Assembly: GCA_017409025.1 (NCBI GenBank)
Contig: JAFQTN010000002.1
Coordinates: 43,967-107,966, forward strand
DNA from: Bacilli bacterium
GTDB lineage: Bacteria > Bacillota_I > Bacilli_A > RF39 > UBA660
Length of the DNA stretch: 64,000 nucleotides
Direction: 5' to 3'
Positions 1-10,136 of this stretch are shown here, one piece after another. Made by a program: the position numbers and the translations under genes. Every line of letters begins with the position of its first letter. Positions within the stretch are counted from its first letter, which is position 1. The notes beneath the pieces are model-generated. The model was given only the letters and a program-made list of their open reading frames with translations. It did not search any database and was not told where the DNA came from.

Positions 1-387
1 AGACTTTGCCATATGATTTATATTTATCAAATATTCTTCATTATTTTTACATATATTAGAAAATTTATAATCTAGCTTATCATTATCATGACATAAATCT
101 ATATCAATTTTTTCCAATACATTATTAACATTATAAAACTTATTAACCACTAAATTTCCATTATTAATAACATATTTATTATTAACCTTAATATTCTCTA
201 AAAAACAACTTTCAAATAAAGTAACACTAATTTCATTTGATACGTAATATTCTAAATTTATATCATCTATATCACTATATTCAACTAAATATTTACCATT
301 ATTTAAAAATCTAATCTTATTTTCTATAATTTCTATATTATCACTATTAGATATAATCTTATCTCTTCTTACAAATATTTTATTCAT
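1..387 (-). CDS. Partial CDS (N-terminal ~129 aa; the C-terminus lies beyond the window start). It directly follows sufC with a 4-nt gap, so it is probably the SufD or SufB component of the Fe-S assembly system.
   Basis: ATG at 387 on the minus strand gives MNKIFVRRDKIISNSDNIEI... The sufC stop is at 392. Firmicute suf operons run sufC then sufD, so the call is positional only. Confidence 0.4.
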   Translation of the reverse strand, partial: MNKIFVRRDKIISNSDNIEIIENKIRFLNNGKYLVEYSDIDDINLEYYVSNEISVTLFESCFLENIKVNNKYVINNGNLVVNKFYNVNNVLEKIDIDLCHDNDKLDYKFSNICKNNEEYLININHMAKS

Positions 388-391
388 AGTA

Positions 392-1150
392 TTACTTCCT
401 ATCTATAATATTTGACTTATCAAAATACTGATTATATCCATTTTTTTCTATTAATTTAGCTAATTCATATCCACCAGTCTCACATATACATCCATTAATA
501 ATTACATGTACATAATCAGGCTCTAAATATTCAAGTAATTTAGGTAAATGAGTAATTATTAAAATTGAAGTATTAGGATTTTCTTTCTTATATGAAACTA
601 TATTTTCAGCAACTATTCTTACACTATCAACATCTAATCCAGAATCAAGTTCATCTAATATAATTAAACTAGGTTTTAATAATTTTAATTGTAAAACTTC
701 ATTTTTTTTCTTTTCTCCTCCAGAAAAGCCAACATTTAAAGATCTATGAATTAAACTCTTATCCATTTTAAGTTCTTCAATAGCATTTTCACATTTTAAA
801 ATAAAATCATAAAGCCCTACTTTTTTACCCATATGACTAGACATAGCAGTTCTTAAAAAATCTTGATTACTAACTCCATCTATCTCCATTGGATATTGCA
901 TCACTAAAAATATTCCTTTACGACTTCTCTCATCAGTAGTCATATCTTTAATTGATTCATCATTAAAAATAATATCACCATTATTTATAACATAATGATT
1001 ATCTCCCATTATTACTCTAGATAAAGTAGATTTACCAACACCATTAGGCCCCATAATAACATGTATACTTCCATCATCTATATCCAAATCAAAATTATTT
1101 AATACTTGTTTTTTATCTACTGATACATCTAAATTCTTAATTGATAACAT
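392..1150 (-). CDS. sufC: Fe-S cluster assembly ATPase SufC
   Basis: 252 aa. Walker A GPNGVGKST, ABC signature LSGGEKKK, Walker B ILDELDSGLD, and the characteristic SufC N-terminus MLSIKNLDVSVDKKQVL. Confidence 0.9.
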   Translation of the reverse strand: MLSIKNLDVSVDKKQVLNNFDLDIDDGSIHVIMGPNGVGKSTLSRVIMGDNHYVINNGDIIFNDESIKDMTTDERSRKGIFLVMQYPMEIDGVSNQDFLRTAMSSHMGKKVGLYDFILKCENAIEELKMDKSLIHRSLNVGFSGGEKKKNEVLQLKLLKPSLIILDELDSGLDVDSVRIVAENIVSYKKENPNTSILIITHLPKLLEYLEPDYVHVIINGCICETGGYELAKLIEKNGYNQYFDKSNIIDRK

Positions 1151-1221
1151 AAAATCACCTAACTTAATTATATCTCATAAACATATAAAAATAAAGATAA
1201 TTCTTCATATTAAAGAACTAT

Positions 1222-2238
1222 CTAATATAAGTATTTATCAATAAAAGAAGTCATTAAAGATAATTTTTTTACAGCTTCTCTTTTTATCTTACCAGTTCTC
1301 TGAGTTGAAATATTTAAAAATGATGCAATTTCTTCTAAATTATAACATACTCCATCTATTCCAATATATCTAGAAAGAACAGAAAATTGTCTTGAAGTTA
1401 AACGTTTCATAAGTTCTTCTTTTAATTGTTGTAACTCTAAATTACGTACACCATCTCTATATACATCTACATTACTATCTTCAATAATATCAATAATCTT
1501 AGTTTCAATATCATCAATATATAAATCTTCATCTAAAGAAATAGAATTATAAAAAGCTTTTTTTAATTGTTCTATTTTTTCTATAGATTCCCCCATATAT
1601 TTCGATAATTCACTGATAGTAACTTCTCTTCCTAATAATAAAGATAATTCATTAGCTTTTTCAATTACACTACAACCATCATAAAAAGTTTGTGAAGGAA
1701 TTCTATATGCTGAATTTGTTCCATTAGTATTTCTACTGATAAAATGCTTAATCCATAATCTAGCATAGGTACTAAAAGAAGCATCGTGTTCCAAACTATA
1801 TTTTTCAACAGCTCTAATAAGTCCTAAATTCCCATATTGAACCATATCTTCAAAAGAAAATAATGATGTTTCTCTATAACCCTTGGCAACTTCCATAACT
1901 AACCTTAAATTTCCTTCAATAATTTTAGAACTAACTTGCAAATAATTATTATATTCTTCTTTTAATTTCTCCAGTACTTCTTTATTTTGACAATTCTTTA
2001 AACAATATTCCATTTTATCAGAAATCCAAGGTACTATACATCCTTCAAATTTTGTATCATCACAACCCGCTTCTAAAAATAATCGATCTAATCTAGAAAT
2101 TATTTCACTGACTTCTATCAGAAGAACTCTATTCTTATCACTATCTAAACAAGGTACGGTATCAACATCGTTTGAATATAACTGATGCATAGAAAATTGA
2201 CCCAATTTTGTTTTACCTAAAGATGATTTACTCTCCAT
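1222..2238 (-). CDS. Divergent sigma-70 family RNA polymerase sigma factor. Regions 1.2, 2, 3 and 4 are present, preceded by a ~90-aa N-terminal extension.
   Basis: IIEGNLRLVMEVAKGYR...FEDMVQYGNLGLIRAVEKY...FSTYARLWIKHFISR matches region 2 (2.1-2.4). A C-terminal region 4 HTH is present (NLEEIASFLNISTQRTGKIKREAVKKL). It has its own TTGATT-17-TATATT promoter and a GGAGGGGG RBS at 2239-2320. Confidence 0.8.
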   Translation of the reverse strand: MESKSSLGKTKLGQFSMHQLYSNDVDTVPCLDSDKNRVLLIEVSEIISRLDRLFLEAGCDDTKFEGCIVPWISDKMEYCLKNCQNKEVLEKLKEEYNNYLQVSSKIIEGNLRLVMEVAKGYRETSLFSFEDMVQYGNLGLIRAVEKYSLEHDASFSTYARLWIKHFISRNTNGTNSAYRIPSQTFYDGCSVIEKANELSLLLGREVTISELSKYMGESIEKIEQLKKAFYNSISLDEDLYIDDIETKIIDIIEDSNVDVYRDGVRNLELQQLKEELMKRLTSRQFSVLSRYIGIDGVCYNLEEIASFLNISTQRTGKIKREAVKKLSLMTSFIDKYLY

Positions 2239-2325
2239 ATATATACCCCCTCCAAAAGGATTTTTAATATATCATAATATATTTTAAAAATCAAGTTTTT
2301 AGGAAAAGAAAAAAGTGCCTAAGCA

Positions 2326-4089
2326 CTAATTTATATACCATGTATTATCAATATCACAACTTTGACTAAGAGGAGTTGGTTCTGGCATATCAACCATAGT
2401 TAATATTGGAAATTTAAATGCTGTACCAAATAATACACAACCACCTGGATTTAAACACTTAACCCTTTGAATCAACCCTTCAGACATTCCACTTATTACG
2501 CTAGAAATAAATTCAATATCCCTAGGATGAAAAGTTCTAAAAACAGCAAAATTAGAACATTGAGATACCGCAGTTTCACTAAGTTCTGAAGGTCTTTGGC
2601 TTATCATTCCTAATAATATTCCATATTTTCTACCTTCTTTAGTAATTCTTTCAAATATATTATATCCAAGTATCTTCCTATCTATATCGTCTTGAACATA
2701 TCTATGAGCTTCTTCCAAAACAATATGAAAAGGCATAGAAGCTCTCTTAGAAAGTCTTACAACATAATCAAATATCATCTTGGAAAATATTTTTACAATT
2801 ACTTTAGCAAATCTATCATCTACATAATTAATATTAAAATCTATTATTTGACATTTTCCACCATTTGATGCAGTTAATAAATATTTAATATAATCTGTTT
2901 TATTCATATATTTATTACATTTAAAATAATTAACATAATCACTATTAATTAATGAATTAAGCCTAATCTTAAGTATATTAGCATATTCAAAAACTGTACT
3001 ATTACTAAATACACCTTCACTAATTAATGCAAACTCTAATGAAGTATAAAAATCATTTATAGTATACATATAACTACCATCAGGTAAAGACAATTCAAAA
3101 TTATCCTCACAATATTTTTCTAGATAATCAATAACGACTTCTATATCTGCAAACTTACCATCATTTCCTACATAAATACACTGTCTTAAAGTTCTAGTCC
3201 ATCCACCTTTAGTTAAATTAACTTCTAAATTAATCTCATCAGTATTAAACTTAGTCAAAACCGTAGTAATAGTATTTCTAATCTCATTAACACTATTAGA
3301 TGAAAATATAATATCTAATAAACATCTAGCTATAATATCATTTTTATGTTTTAATACGCTACTATTATTTTGAGAAAAGAAAGAAACCAACTTTAAAGCT
3401 TTTTCCACAATTGGTATTTGTCTAGCATCATCAACCTCTAAAAGTAAACAAATGTCATCCACTGACAACAACCAAAATGGTAACTTTAATTTATCATATC
3501 TGTCTTCCCTTAAATCAGTAGTTATAACTTTAAAATTCAAATTAGAATTTACTTTATTTATATTTTCAAATGCCTGTTGATATTCACCATAAGCATCAAA
3601 TAAGAATATATTAGGGTTAAATGGTAATCTTTTTGAATTATAAAATACACTTTGTAATAAACCAGCTACAAAATGACTTTTACCGCTTCCTGTATTACCC
3701 AATATGGAAAAATGAGATGAAAAGAAAGAATTTATATTCAAATAAACATCATAATCTTGATATAAACTAGACTTTCCAACTTTAACAATATTACTTTCCC
3801 TATCAATACCATATATAATATCTATTTCTTGTAATGTAGTAAGCCTACAACTAGCATTGAAAGGTGGCATATTGATACTACCAGAAACAAACCTATTATT
3901 AATTATTTCACCAATCAATCTTACTTCCATCATAGTGCCAGACATAGACATAACTTCTCCAATATACCTATCAGCAAAAGTAATATTCTTAGAAATTAAA
4001 TTATCACATTTATATATGTCCAAACTTAACTGGATATATATAATATAGTCCTTTATACTAACTATTTTCCCTATCATATTCTTCTTCAC
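2326..4089 (-). CDS. HerA-like (DUF87) P-loop ATPase with an N-terminal HAS-barrel
   Basis: 587 aa. Walker A GNTGSGKSHF and a HerA/FtsK-type Walker B HIVLEEAHRYV. The ~120-aa N-terminal beta-rich domain precedes the ATPase as in HerA. It lies between tRNA-Asn and the sigma-like gene. Confidence 0.65.
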   Translation of the reverse strand: MKKNMIGKIVSIKDYIIYIQLSLDIYKCDNLISKNITFADRYIGEVMSMSGTMMEVRLIGEIINNRFVSGSINMPPFNASCRLTTLQEIDIIYGIDRESNIVKVGKSSLYQDYDVYLNINSFFSSHFSILGNTGSGKSHFVAGLLQSVFYNSKRLPFNPNIFLFDAYGEYQQAFENINKVNSNLNFKVITTDLREDRYDKLKLPFWLLSVDDICLLLEVDDARQIPIVEKALKLVSFFSQNNSSVLKHKNDIIARCLLDIIFSSNSVNEIRNTITTVLTKFNTDEINLEVNLTKGGWTRTLRQCIYVGNDGKFADIEVVIDYLEKYCEDNFELSLPDGSYMYTINDFYTSLEFALISEGVFSNSTVFEYANILKIRLNSLINSDYVNYFKCNKYMNKTDYIKYLLTASNGGKCQIIDFNINYVDDRFAKVIVKIFSKMIFDYVVRLSKRASMPFHIVLEEAHRYVQDDIDRKILGYNIFERITKEGRKYGILLGMISQRPSELSETAVSQCSNFAVFRTFHPRDIEFISSVISGMSEGLIQRVKCLNPGGCVLFGTAFKFPILTMVDMPEPTPLSQSCDIDNTWYIN

Positions 4090-4177
4090 CTATTATAATT
4101 TTACCACTACAAATAAATTATTACAAGAAAAAGTGAATAGTATAAGTACCATTCACTTAATAGTTTGCGTAATCAAC

Positions 4178-4207
4178 AAAAAAATCTAGCATTGCTAGAT
4201 TTACAAA
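4178..4207 (-). terminator. Rho-independent terminator downstream of tRNA-Asn
   Basis: On the minus strand: AAATCTAGCA-atg-TGCTAGATTT followed by TTTTTTGTTG. Confidence 0.6.
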
Positions 4208-4213
4208 TCTAAA

Positions 4214-4289
4214 TGGCGCCTAATGTAGGACTCGAACCTACGACCTATCGGTTAACAGCCGAGTGCTCTACCGACTGAGCTAATTAGGC
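4214..4289 (-). tRNA. tRNA-Asn (anticodon GTT)
   Basis: Minus-strand sequence GCCTAATTAGCTCAGTCGGTAGAGCACTCGGCTGTTAACCGATAGGTCGTAGGTTCGAGTCCTACATTAGGCGCCA. The 7-bp acceptor stem GCCTAAT/ATTAGGC, the anticodon loop CTGTTAA, the T-loop GGTTCGAGTCC and a CCA end are all present. Confidence 0.9.
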
Positions 4290-4417
4290 ATCAATTTCGG
4301 ATTGCTAATTCATTATATAACAAAAATATTGAATTATCAACCCTTTTTTGTAATTTTTTTTACATTTTTTCCTATTTCTATACTTAATATATTCATTTTG
4401 CAAAAATATATACCTAA

Positions 4418-5905
4418 TTATTCCTTATTTATCTTAATATCATATACAGAAGGTCCATATATGATATTCCCATCTATATCAAATCTAGAAGCATGACAAG
4501 GACAATCCCAAGTTTTATCTATATAATTAAATACTAAATTACATTTCATATGAGGACATATATTAGAAACTATATGTTCAATACCTTTAATATCTTTATA
4601 TATACCACATTTCTTTCCATTAACATATTCTATTCTAACATCATCACCATAATAACTCTTATTAGAACTAATTTTATTTAATATATATCTACTACCTACT
4701 TCTATATTATATATAAATATATTCTTTATCTTATCGATAGATAATCCTCTTTTAGGATTAAATAAACCAATATATTTATTATCTTTATTATTTATAATAT
4801 CACTAATAACCATCCCACTAATCGTTCCATTAGTATTCCCCCATTTATTAAATCCAGTTGATATAAACAAATTATTATCTATTTTTCCTATAAAAGGTAA
4901 TCCATCATATGTCATTAAATCATGAGTATGATAAAAATATTCTAAATCTTTACCAAAATATTTCTTATATTCACCACTCAATTCCCTATAATCATCTCTA
5001 ATATCTAAATTAGTAGTAATACTATGATTTCTTCTTCCATATATTAAATAATTATCTATATCCTTATAACCTCTAATAGATATACTTCTCTTTCCCGTAG
5101 AAATCATCTGACTTGAAAGTTCCTTATCAAATTTTGCTGCTCCTATAAAAAATCTATCTACTCTAGTTTTAAAAGGAATAAAAAAAGGAACAATAAACAT
5201 CGGATAATGACAAGCTACTACTACAAATTTACTTCTAATTTTATATCCATCATTTACCTTACTAACATACATATCATTATCCTTATCAACTGATATACAT
5301 CTAGTATTTTCATATATATCTATCTTCTTACTAACTATATTTTTTAAACCTACTAAATATTCATATGGATTAAATACATAACTATCATCCCCCATCAAAG
5401 CATATTTACACGGATATTTTATTGGTAATCTATCTAATAATTTATACTTAATATTATATTTATTATAAAAATTAACTTCATCACTAAAGCTATTATAATC
5501 ATCACCAGTATAACTAAATACATAAGATTTAGTCTTAACTAAATGACAATCTATTTTATTCTTAGTTATAATTTCTTTTACTTTTTTAATCGCATCAAGC
5601 TGACTATCATAATATAATTTAGCAATATCACTATTATAATTTTTACTAAGTCTACTATAGATTAAATCTTGCATCCAAGTAAGTTTACCAGTATTTTTTG
5701 ATGTAGCCCCCATCCCACATATATCTCTTTCAATTAATACTACCTTCTTATCTGAATTCATCAAATTATAAGCAGTACTAAGACCAGCCATTCCTCCACC
5801 TATAATTAATACATCACAATTAATATCTTTATCCAATTTAGACATCTTCTCATTTTTAATATTGGAATTCATCCAAATACTTTTATTTTTCATCTTATTC
5901 ACCAT
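4418..5905 (-). CDS. FAD-dependent oxidoreductase with a C-terminal Rieske [2Fe-2S] domain
   Basis: 495 aa. N-terminal dinucleotide fold DVLIIGGGMAGLSTAY. C-terminal Rieske ligands CPHMKC...(17)...CPCHASRFD. Confidence 0.75.
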   Translation of the reverse strand: MVNKMKNKSIWMNSNIKNEKMSKLDKDINCDVLIIGGGMAGLSTAYNLMNSDKKVVLIERDICGMGATSKNTGKLTWMQDLIYSRLSKNYNSDIAKLYYDSQLDAIKKVKEIITKNKIDCHLVKTKSYVFSYTGDDYNSFSDEVNFYNKYNIKYKLLDRLPIKYPCKYALMGDDSYVFNPYEYLVGLKNIVSKKIDIYENTRCISVDKDNDMYVSKVNDGYKIRSKFVVVACHYPMFIVPFFIPFKTRVDRFFIGAAKFDKELSSQMISTGKRSISIRGYKDIDNYLIYGRRNHSITTNLDIRDDYRELSGEYKKYFGKDLEYFYHTHDLMTYDGLPFIGKIDNNLFISTGFNKWGNTNGTISGMVISDIINNKDNKYIGLFNPKRGLSIDKIKNIFIYNIEVGSRYILNKISSNKSYYGDDVRIEYVNGKKCGIYKDIKGIEHIVSNICPHMKCNLVFNYIDKTWDCPCHASRFDIDGNIIYGPSVYDIKINKE

Positions 5906-5988
5906 TATTAGTATGAATAAAACATAATATTTAATACAAAAAAAGATATTTAACCCAAAAGATTAAATATCTAAACATTTTTTATTAA

Positions 5989-6681
5989 TTAACAAACTCT
6001 AGTACCCTTATTACCATTATTATAAACATCAAGAAGACAGTCTTTTTCATTAATATTAGTAACAACTATAGATATATTATTATCACGGCACATCTCTATA
6101 GCTTCAAAATCCATTATACCAAGTTGTTTTTCTAATACTTCATCATAACTTACTTGTTGATATCTAATAGCATCATCATATTTATTCGGATCTTTATCAT
6201 ATACTCCATCTACATTAGTTAGTTTAACAATAACATTAGCACCAATGTCAATAGCTCTAAGTGAAGCCCCCGTATCCGTAGAAAAGAATGGTTTTCCAGT
6301 ACCTCCACCAAATATTACAATTTTACCATCAGCAATTGCTTTTCTAGCCTTATCAGGATCGATATCATCAATAGTTTTTACAGACAACCCAGTCTGATTG
6401 TAAACTTGACACCCTATTCTTGTAAAAGTATCTTTTAATACCAAACTGTTCATAACCGTAGCAAGCATTCCCGTATAATCAGCAGTTTCTCTATCCATCA
6501 AAGAGGCATCTCTACCACGCATAAAATTTCCACCACCACACACTATTCCAATACCTACACCTAAATCATGACATTCTTTTATTCTTAAACACAAATCTTC
6601 AATATAATCAAAATCAAGACCAGTTCCATATTTGCCAGACATTGCTTCGCCACTTAATTTAATAAGAAATACTTGTCCCAT
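5989..6681 (-). CDS. pyrH: UMP kinase
   Basis: 230 aa. LIKLSGEAMSG...GIVCGGGNFMRG...TGMLATVMNSL are the signature blocks of the UMP kinase amino-acid-kinase family. Confidence 0.9.
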   Translation of the reverse strand: MGQVFLIKLSGEAMSGKYGTGLDFDYIEDLCLRIKECHDLGVGIGIVCGGGNFMRGRDASLMDRETADYTGMLATVMNSLVLKDTFTRIGCQVYNQTGLSVKTIDDIDPDKARKAIADGKIVIFGGGTGKPFFSTDTGASLRAIDIGANVIVKLTNVDGVYDKDPNKYDDAIRYQQVSYDEVLEKQLGIMDFEAIEMCRDNNISIVVTNINEKDCLLDVYNNGNKGTRVC

Positions 6682-6690
6682 AAAACCTCC

Positions 6691-7596
6691 CTATATCTTT
6701 AAATACTTCTTAACGGCAGTTGAACTTCCGAACATACCTACTAATAATCCTATTATAAGTAAGATGCCCGCTCCATAAAAAATAAATGGATATGGACTTA
6801 CTAAAGAACCAAAAGATGCTGGAAATAAATTATTACCAAAATAATTAAAGAAAGTATTATATCCATATGCCATTAAAACTATAGGAATTATTGAACCTAA
6901 AATACCTATAAAAGAACCCTCGATTAAAAATGGTATCTTAATAGATATATTAGATGCACCTACTAATCTCATTATTTCTATTTCAGTTTTTCTAGAGAAA
7001 ATTGCTAACTTAATCGTATTAGATATTAAAAATGCTGTAACTAAAATTAAAGCAATTACTCCACCAATACATACTTTTTCTATTACATCAAAAATTTTAA
7101 TAACTGAATCAATATAATCTTCACCATAATTAATCGTATAAACAAAATTCATACCTTTAATCTTACTAGCAGTATCATCTATAAGTTCAATATCTTTAAC
7201 TGTTATTTCATAACTATCTAAAAGAGGAATAGATTCATCTGTCCAACTATCAACAATTAAAGAAAATCTATCATCAATTTCTTTAGTCTCTTCAGCATAT
7301 TCTTTCTTAGATTTAAATTTTATTTCATTAATATTATCTAACTTTCTTAATTCTGTTTCGAAAGACTCTTTATCATTCGTAGCATTAAATTCTTCCTTTA
7401 AGAATGCTACTATCGATATATTACTACTAACATGTTTTGTCATAGCATCTACATTAACAGATAATACAATCGATAAAGCTACTACTACTAAAGTAATGGT
7501 TATACATGAAATAGATGCTAAAGATAATGAAAAATTTCTAATTACACTTCGTAGAGCATCACGAAAATATCTATTTATACTTCTAAAGAACTTCAT
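6691..7596 (-). CDS. ftsX: Cell-division ABC transporter permease FtsX
   Basis: 301 aa with four TM segments. It overlaps the upstream ftsE stop by 14 nt, the classic ftsEX arrangement. Confidence 0.8.
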   Translation of the reverse strand: MKFFRSINRYFRDALRSVIRNFSLSLASISCITITLVVVALSIVLSVNVDAMTKHVSSNISIVAFLKEEFNATNDKESFETELRKLDNINEIKFKSKKEYAEETKEIDDRFSLIVDSWTDESIPLLDSYEITVKDIELIDDTASKIKGMNFVYTINYGEDYIDSVIKIFDVIEKVCIGGVIALILVTAFLISNTIKLAIFSRKTEIEIMRLVGASNISIKIPFLIEGSFIGILGSIIPIVLMAYGYNTFFNYFGNNLFPASFGSLVSPYPFIFYGAGILLIIGLLVGMFGSSTAVKKYLKI

Positions 7597-8293
7597 AATA
7601 TTTACCTCTTTCGTAATCTTGTACTATCTTACCCTCATTTAAAACAACTACTCTTTTCTTCATTTTATTAACGATATCTCTATTATGAGTAGTCATTACA
7701 ATTGTAGTTCCCATCTTATTAATATCCTCTAATACCTTCATAATTCCCATACTAGTATCCGGATCTAAATTACCCGTAGGTTCATCACAAATTAATAATT
7801 TAGGATTATTGACAATCGCTCTAGCTATAACAACTCTTTGTTGTTCTCCACCAGATAATTGATTAGGGTATTGTCTAACTTTTCCCTTTAGACCAACAAG
7901 TTCCAATACTTCCATAACACGATTATGAATCTTTTTCTTATCATAACTAAATACTTCCATTGCAAAAGCAACATTTTCATAAACTGTCATTCTAGGTAAT
8001 AACTTAAAGTCCTGAAATACTACCCCGATTTTTCTTCTAAGAATATATACTTTTCTATCTTTAAGTTTAGCAACATTAATACCACCTATCATAATAGAAC
8101 CCTTATCAGGTTTTTCTTCTCTATATAACATTTTTATTAATGTAGACTTTCCACTACCAGATGCACCAATTATAAAAACAAATTCACCTTTAGATATTGT
8201 TAAATCAACATCATATAAAGCTACAGTACCAGTTTTATACGTCTTTTGAACATCTGTCATTCTTATTAAATCCATTACTTCACCTCTTATCAA
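7583..8293 (-). CDS. ftsE: Cell-division ABC transporter ATP-binding protein FtsE
   Basis: 236 aa. Walker A GASGSGKST, signature LSGGEQQRVVIARA, Walker B LLICDEPTGNLD. Confidence 0.85.
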   Translation of the reverse strand: MIRGEVMDLIRMTDVQKTYKTGTVALYDVDLTISKGEFVFIIGASGSGKSTLIKMLYREEKPDKGSIMIGGINVAKLKDRKVYILRRKIGVVFQDFKLLPRMTVYENVAFAMEVFSYDKKKIHNRVMEVLELVGLKGKVRQYPNQLSGGEQQRVVIARAIVNNPKLLICDEPTGNLDPDTSMGIMKVLEDINKMGTTIVMTTHNRDIVNKMKKRVVVLNEGKIVQDYERGKYYEVL

Positions 8294-8339
8294 AAATTAT
8301 ATCAAATTTAATATTATCATTAAATAGATTTACTTTAAT

Positions 8340-9245
8340 TTACATATTTTTACAAATTTTCCTAACACTAGAATCATATATATCTACTATTAAAAAGAAC
8401 GCCTTAGAATCAATTGCTAAAACTAATTCTTTTAACTTTAAATATTCTATCGTAGGAACAACACACATAAGCATTTTTTTCTTTTTATTAGAATACCCAC
8501 CTCTAGCTTTAACTAAAGTTACTGAATAGTGTAATTCATCCATAACATATTCTCTTATTTCAAGTGGATTATCAGTAACTATATAAAATACTTTATTATG
8601 AGATATTCCAATAAGTACTCTATCAACAACATATGATGATGCTAATAAAGAAATTATTGCATATATCGCACTATTAAGACCAAAGATAAATGCACTAACC
8701 GTTATTAAAATTGCATTGATTATTAATCCTGAAGTACCTATACTAAGATAAAAATATTTTTTAAATATATCAGAAAGAACTCCAAAACCACCCGTATTAA
8801 ATCCAGATTTTCTAACAAGACCAGTACTAAGACCTAACATAGCTCCACCAATTATCATTATTAAAAATAAAGATGTATTTTCTAAATCTATAAATCTAGT
8901 AATCAATGTCGTAGCCTTTAAAAAGCAAGGTGATAATACTGTTATTGCTATCATTTTTAGTGCATAATCCCATCCAAAAAAGATAAATCCTAATATTAAT
9001 AATATTAAACTAATAAAAAAAGTAATCAAAGATAAATCTATTCCTGAAATATATGAAATTATGTATGCCAATCCACTACTTCCCGTAGGAATAACTTGAT
9101 AAGGAACAAAAAACAAATTAATGGCTATTGCTGAAATTAATAACCCCATTGCAAACAAAAATATATTTCTTCCAAAATTTTTCTTATGTATCTCATTCAA
9201 TAACTTCGAAACGTTTTTATTAACTATATCCATATTACTTATCAT
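8340..9245 (-). CDS. YitT-family membrane protein (DUF161 membrane domain plus a C-terminal DUF2179 domain)
   Basis: 301 aa. Multi-TM N-terminus with a GF/GxxG loop (SGFNTGGFGVL), then a soluble ~80-aa C-terminal domain. It is a paralogue of the adjacent upstream gene. Confidence 0.6.
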   Translation of the reverse strand: MISNMDIVNKNVSKLLNEIHKKNFGRNIFLFAMGLLISAIAINLFFVPYQVIPTGSSGLAYIISYISGIDLSLITFFISLILLILGFIFFGWDYALKMIAITVLSPCFLKATTLITRFIDLENTSLFLIMIIGGAMLGLSTGLVRKSGFNTGGFGVLSDIFKKYFYLSIGTSGLIINAILITVSAFIFGLNSAIYAIISLLASSYVVDRVLIGISHNKVFYIVTDNPLEIREYVMDELHYSVTLVKARGGYSNKKKKMLMCVVPTIEYLKLKELVLAIDSKAFFLIVDIYDSSVRKICKNM

Positions 9246-10134
9246 CCTTACTACTTACTTCATAAGAATCACATACTAAATAAAAGATATTCTTATCAAT
9301 CGTTTTTAAACCTTCTTTAATAACAAAATACATTTTTGTTGGAGCTACTGCCAAAATTAGAGTTTGCTTATCATTTGATGTACCTCCAAATACATCCATT
9401 ATTGTACTACCTACACCAGGTAAAGATAATAAAAAGTCATTAACTATATCATCTTTATCTCTATCAACAACTATATAAAAAGCCTTACTATTAGATATTC
9501 CAAGTAATATTTTATCCGTAGCAACAGATATAAGATAAGCTACGACTATTGCATACATAAAAGTTTCCCAAGAAAATACTAATTTACCAATTATAATTAT
9601 TGAAATATTAACAAACATCATGGCGCTTCCCATAGATATCTTAGTATATTTACAAATTAATAACCCAATTACATCAGTACCCCCCGTAGAAAATCCACTC
9701 TTGTAAATTAAACCATAACCTATTCCAGCAAGAACACCACCTATAACTGCAATTACTATCATTTCAAGTCCGCCAAGATCAATTAAATTAGTTACTTTTA
9801 AAGTCAACTCTACAAACACCGGATAAACTAAAGCACCAACAATTTGATTTTTAACATCATTTACTCCTAAAAAGAAATAACTGATAATGATTAAAACTAA
9901 GTTAGCAATCATTATAAATGTTGAAGGATTTACTCCAAACTTGCTTAAAACAATTGATACCCCACTAACTCCAAAACAAACAATGTTATATCTAAGAAAA
10001 AATAAATTAAATGCAAAAGCTACAATTAAACAACCCATAAGTAACATTACATATCTTTTAAATATATTCTTCTTATGTATTTCATCCATTATTTTATTAA
10101 TTCTATTTTCCCTAGCCTTCTTAAAAAATAACAT
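9235..10134 (-). CDS. YitT-family membrane protein, tandem paralogue of 8340..9245
   Basis: 299 aa with the same architecture (KSGFSTGGTDVIGLL). The stop overlaps the start of the downstream paralogue. Confidence 0.6.
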   Translation of the reverse strand: MLFFKKARENRINKIMDEIHKKNIFKRYVMLLMGCLIVAFAFNLFFLRYNIVCFGVSGVSIVLSKFGVNPSTFIMIANLVLIIISYFFLGVNDVKNQIVGALVYPVFVELTLKVTNLIDLGGLEMIVIAVIGGVLAGIGYGLIYKSGFSTGGTDVIGLLICKYTKISMGSAMMFVNISIIIIGKLVFSWETFMYAIVVAYLISVATDKILLGISNSKAFYIVVDRDKDDIVNDFLLSLPGVGSTIMDVFGGTSNDKQTLILAVAPTKMYFVIKEGLKTIDKNIFYLVCDSYEVSSKDDK

Positions 10135-10136
10135 AA

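Noticed and set aside
3857-4048. Short opposite-strand ORFs in the six-frame track (e.g. 3857..4048, 4302..4496, 8197..8529, 9887..10147, 10808..11005, 14527..14877, 18929..19174, 23447..23647, 24224..24484, 25575..25808, 26194..26385, 26587..26820, 29558..29761, 34622..35032, 36288..36488, 37125..37388, 44704..44991, 50733..50924, 56700..56906, 60600..60797, 62094..62285, 62810..63013, 63402..63587)
   Set aside because: Each lies antisense to, or fully within, a strongly supported protein-coding gene. They have low-complexity I/L/F/K-rich translations typical of AT-rich antisense frames and no RBS. I treat them as spurious.
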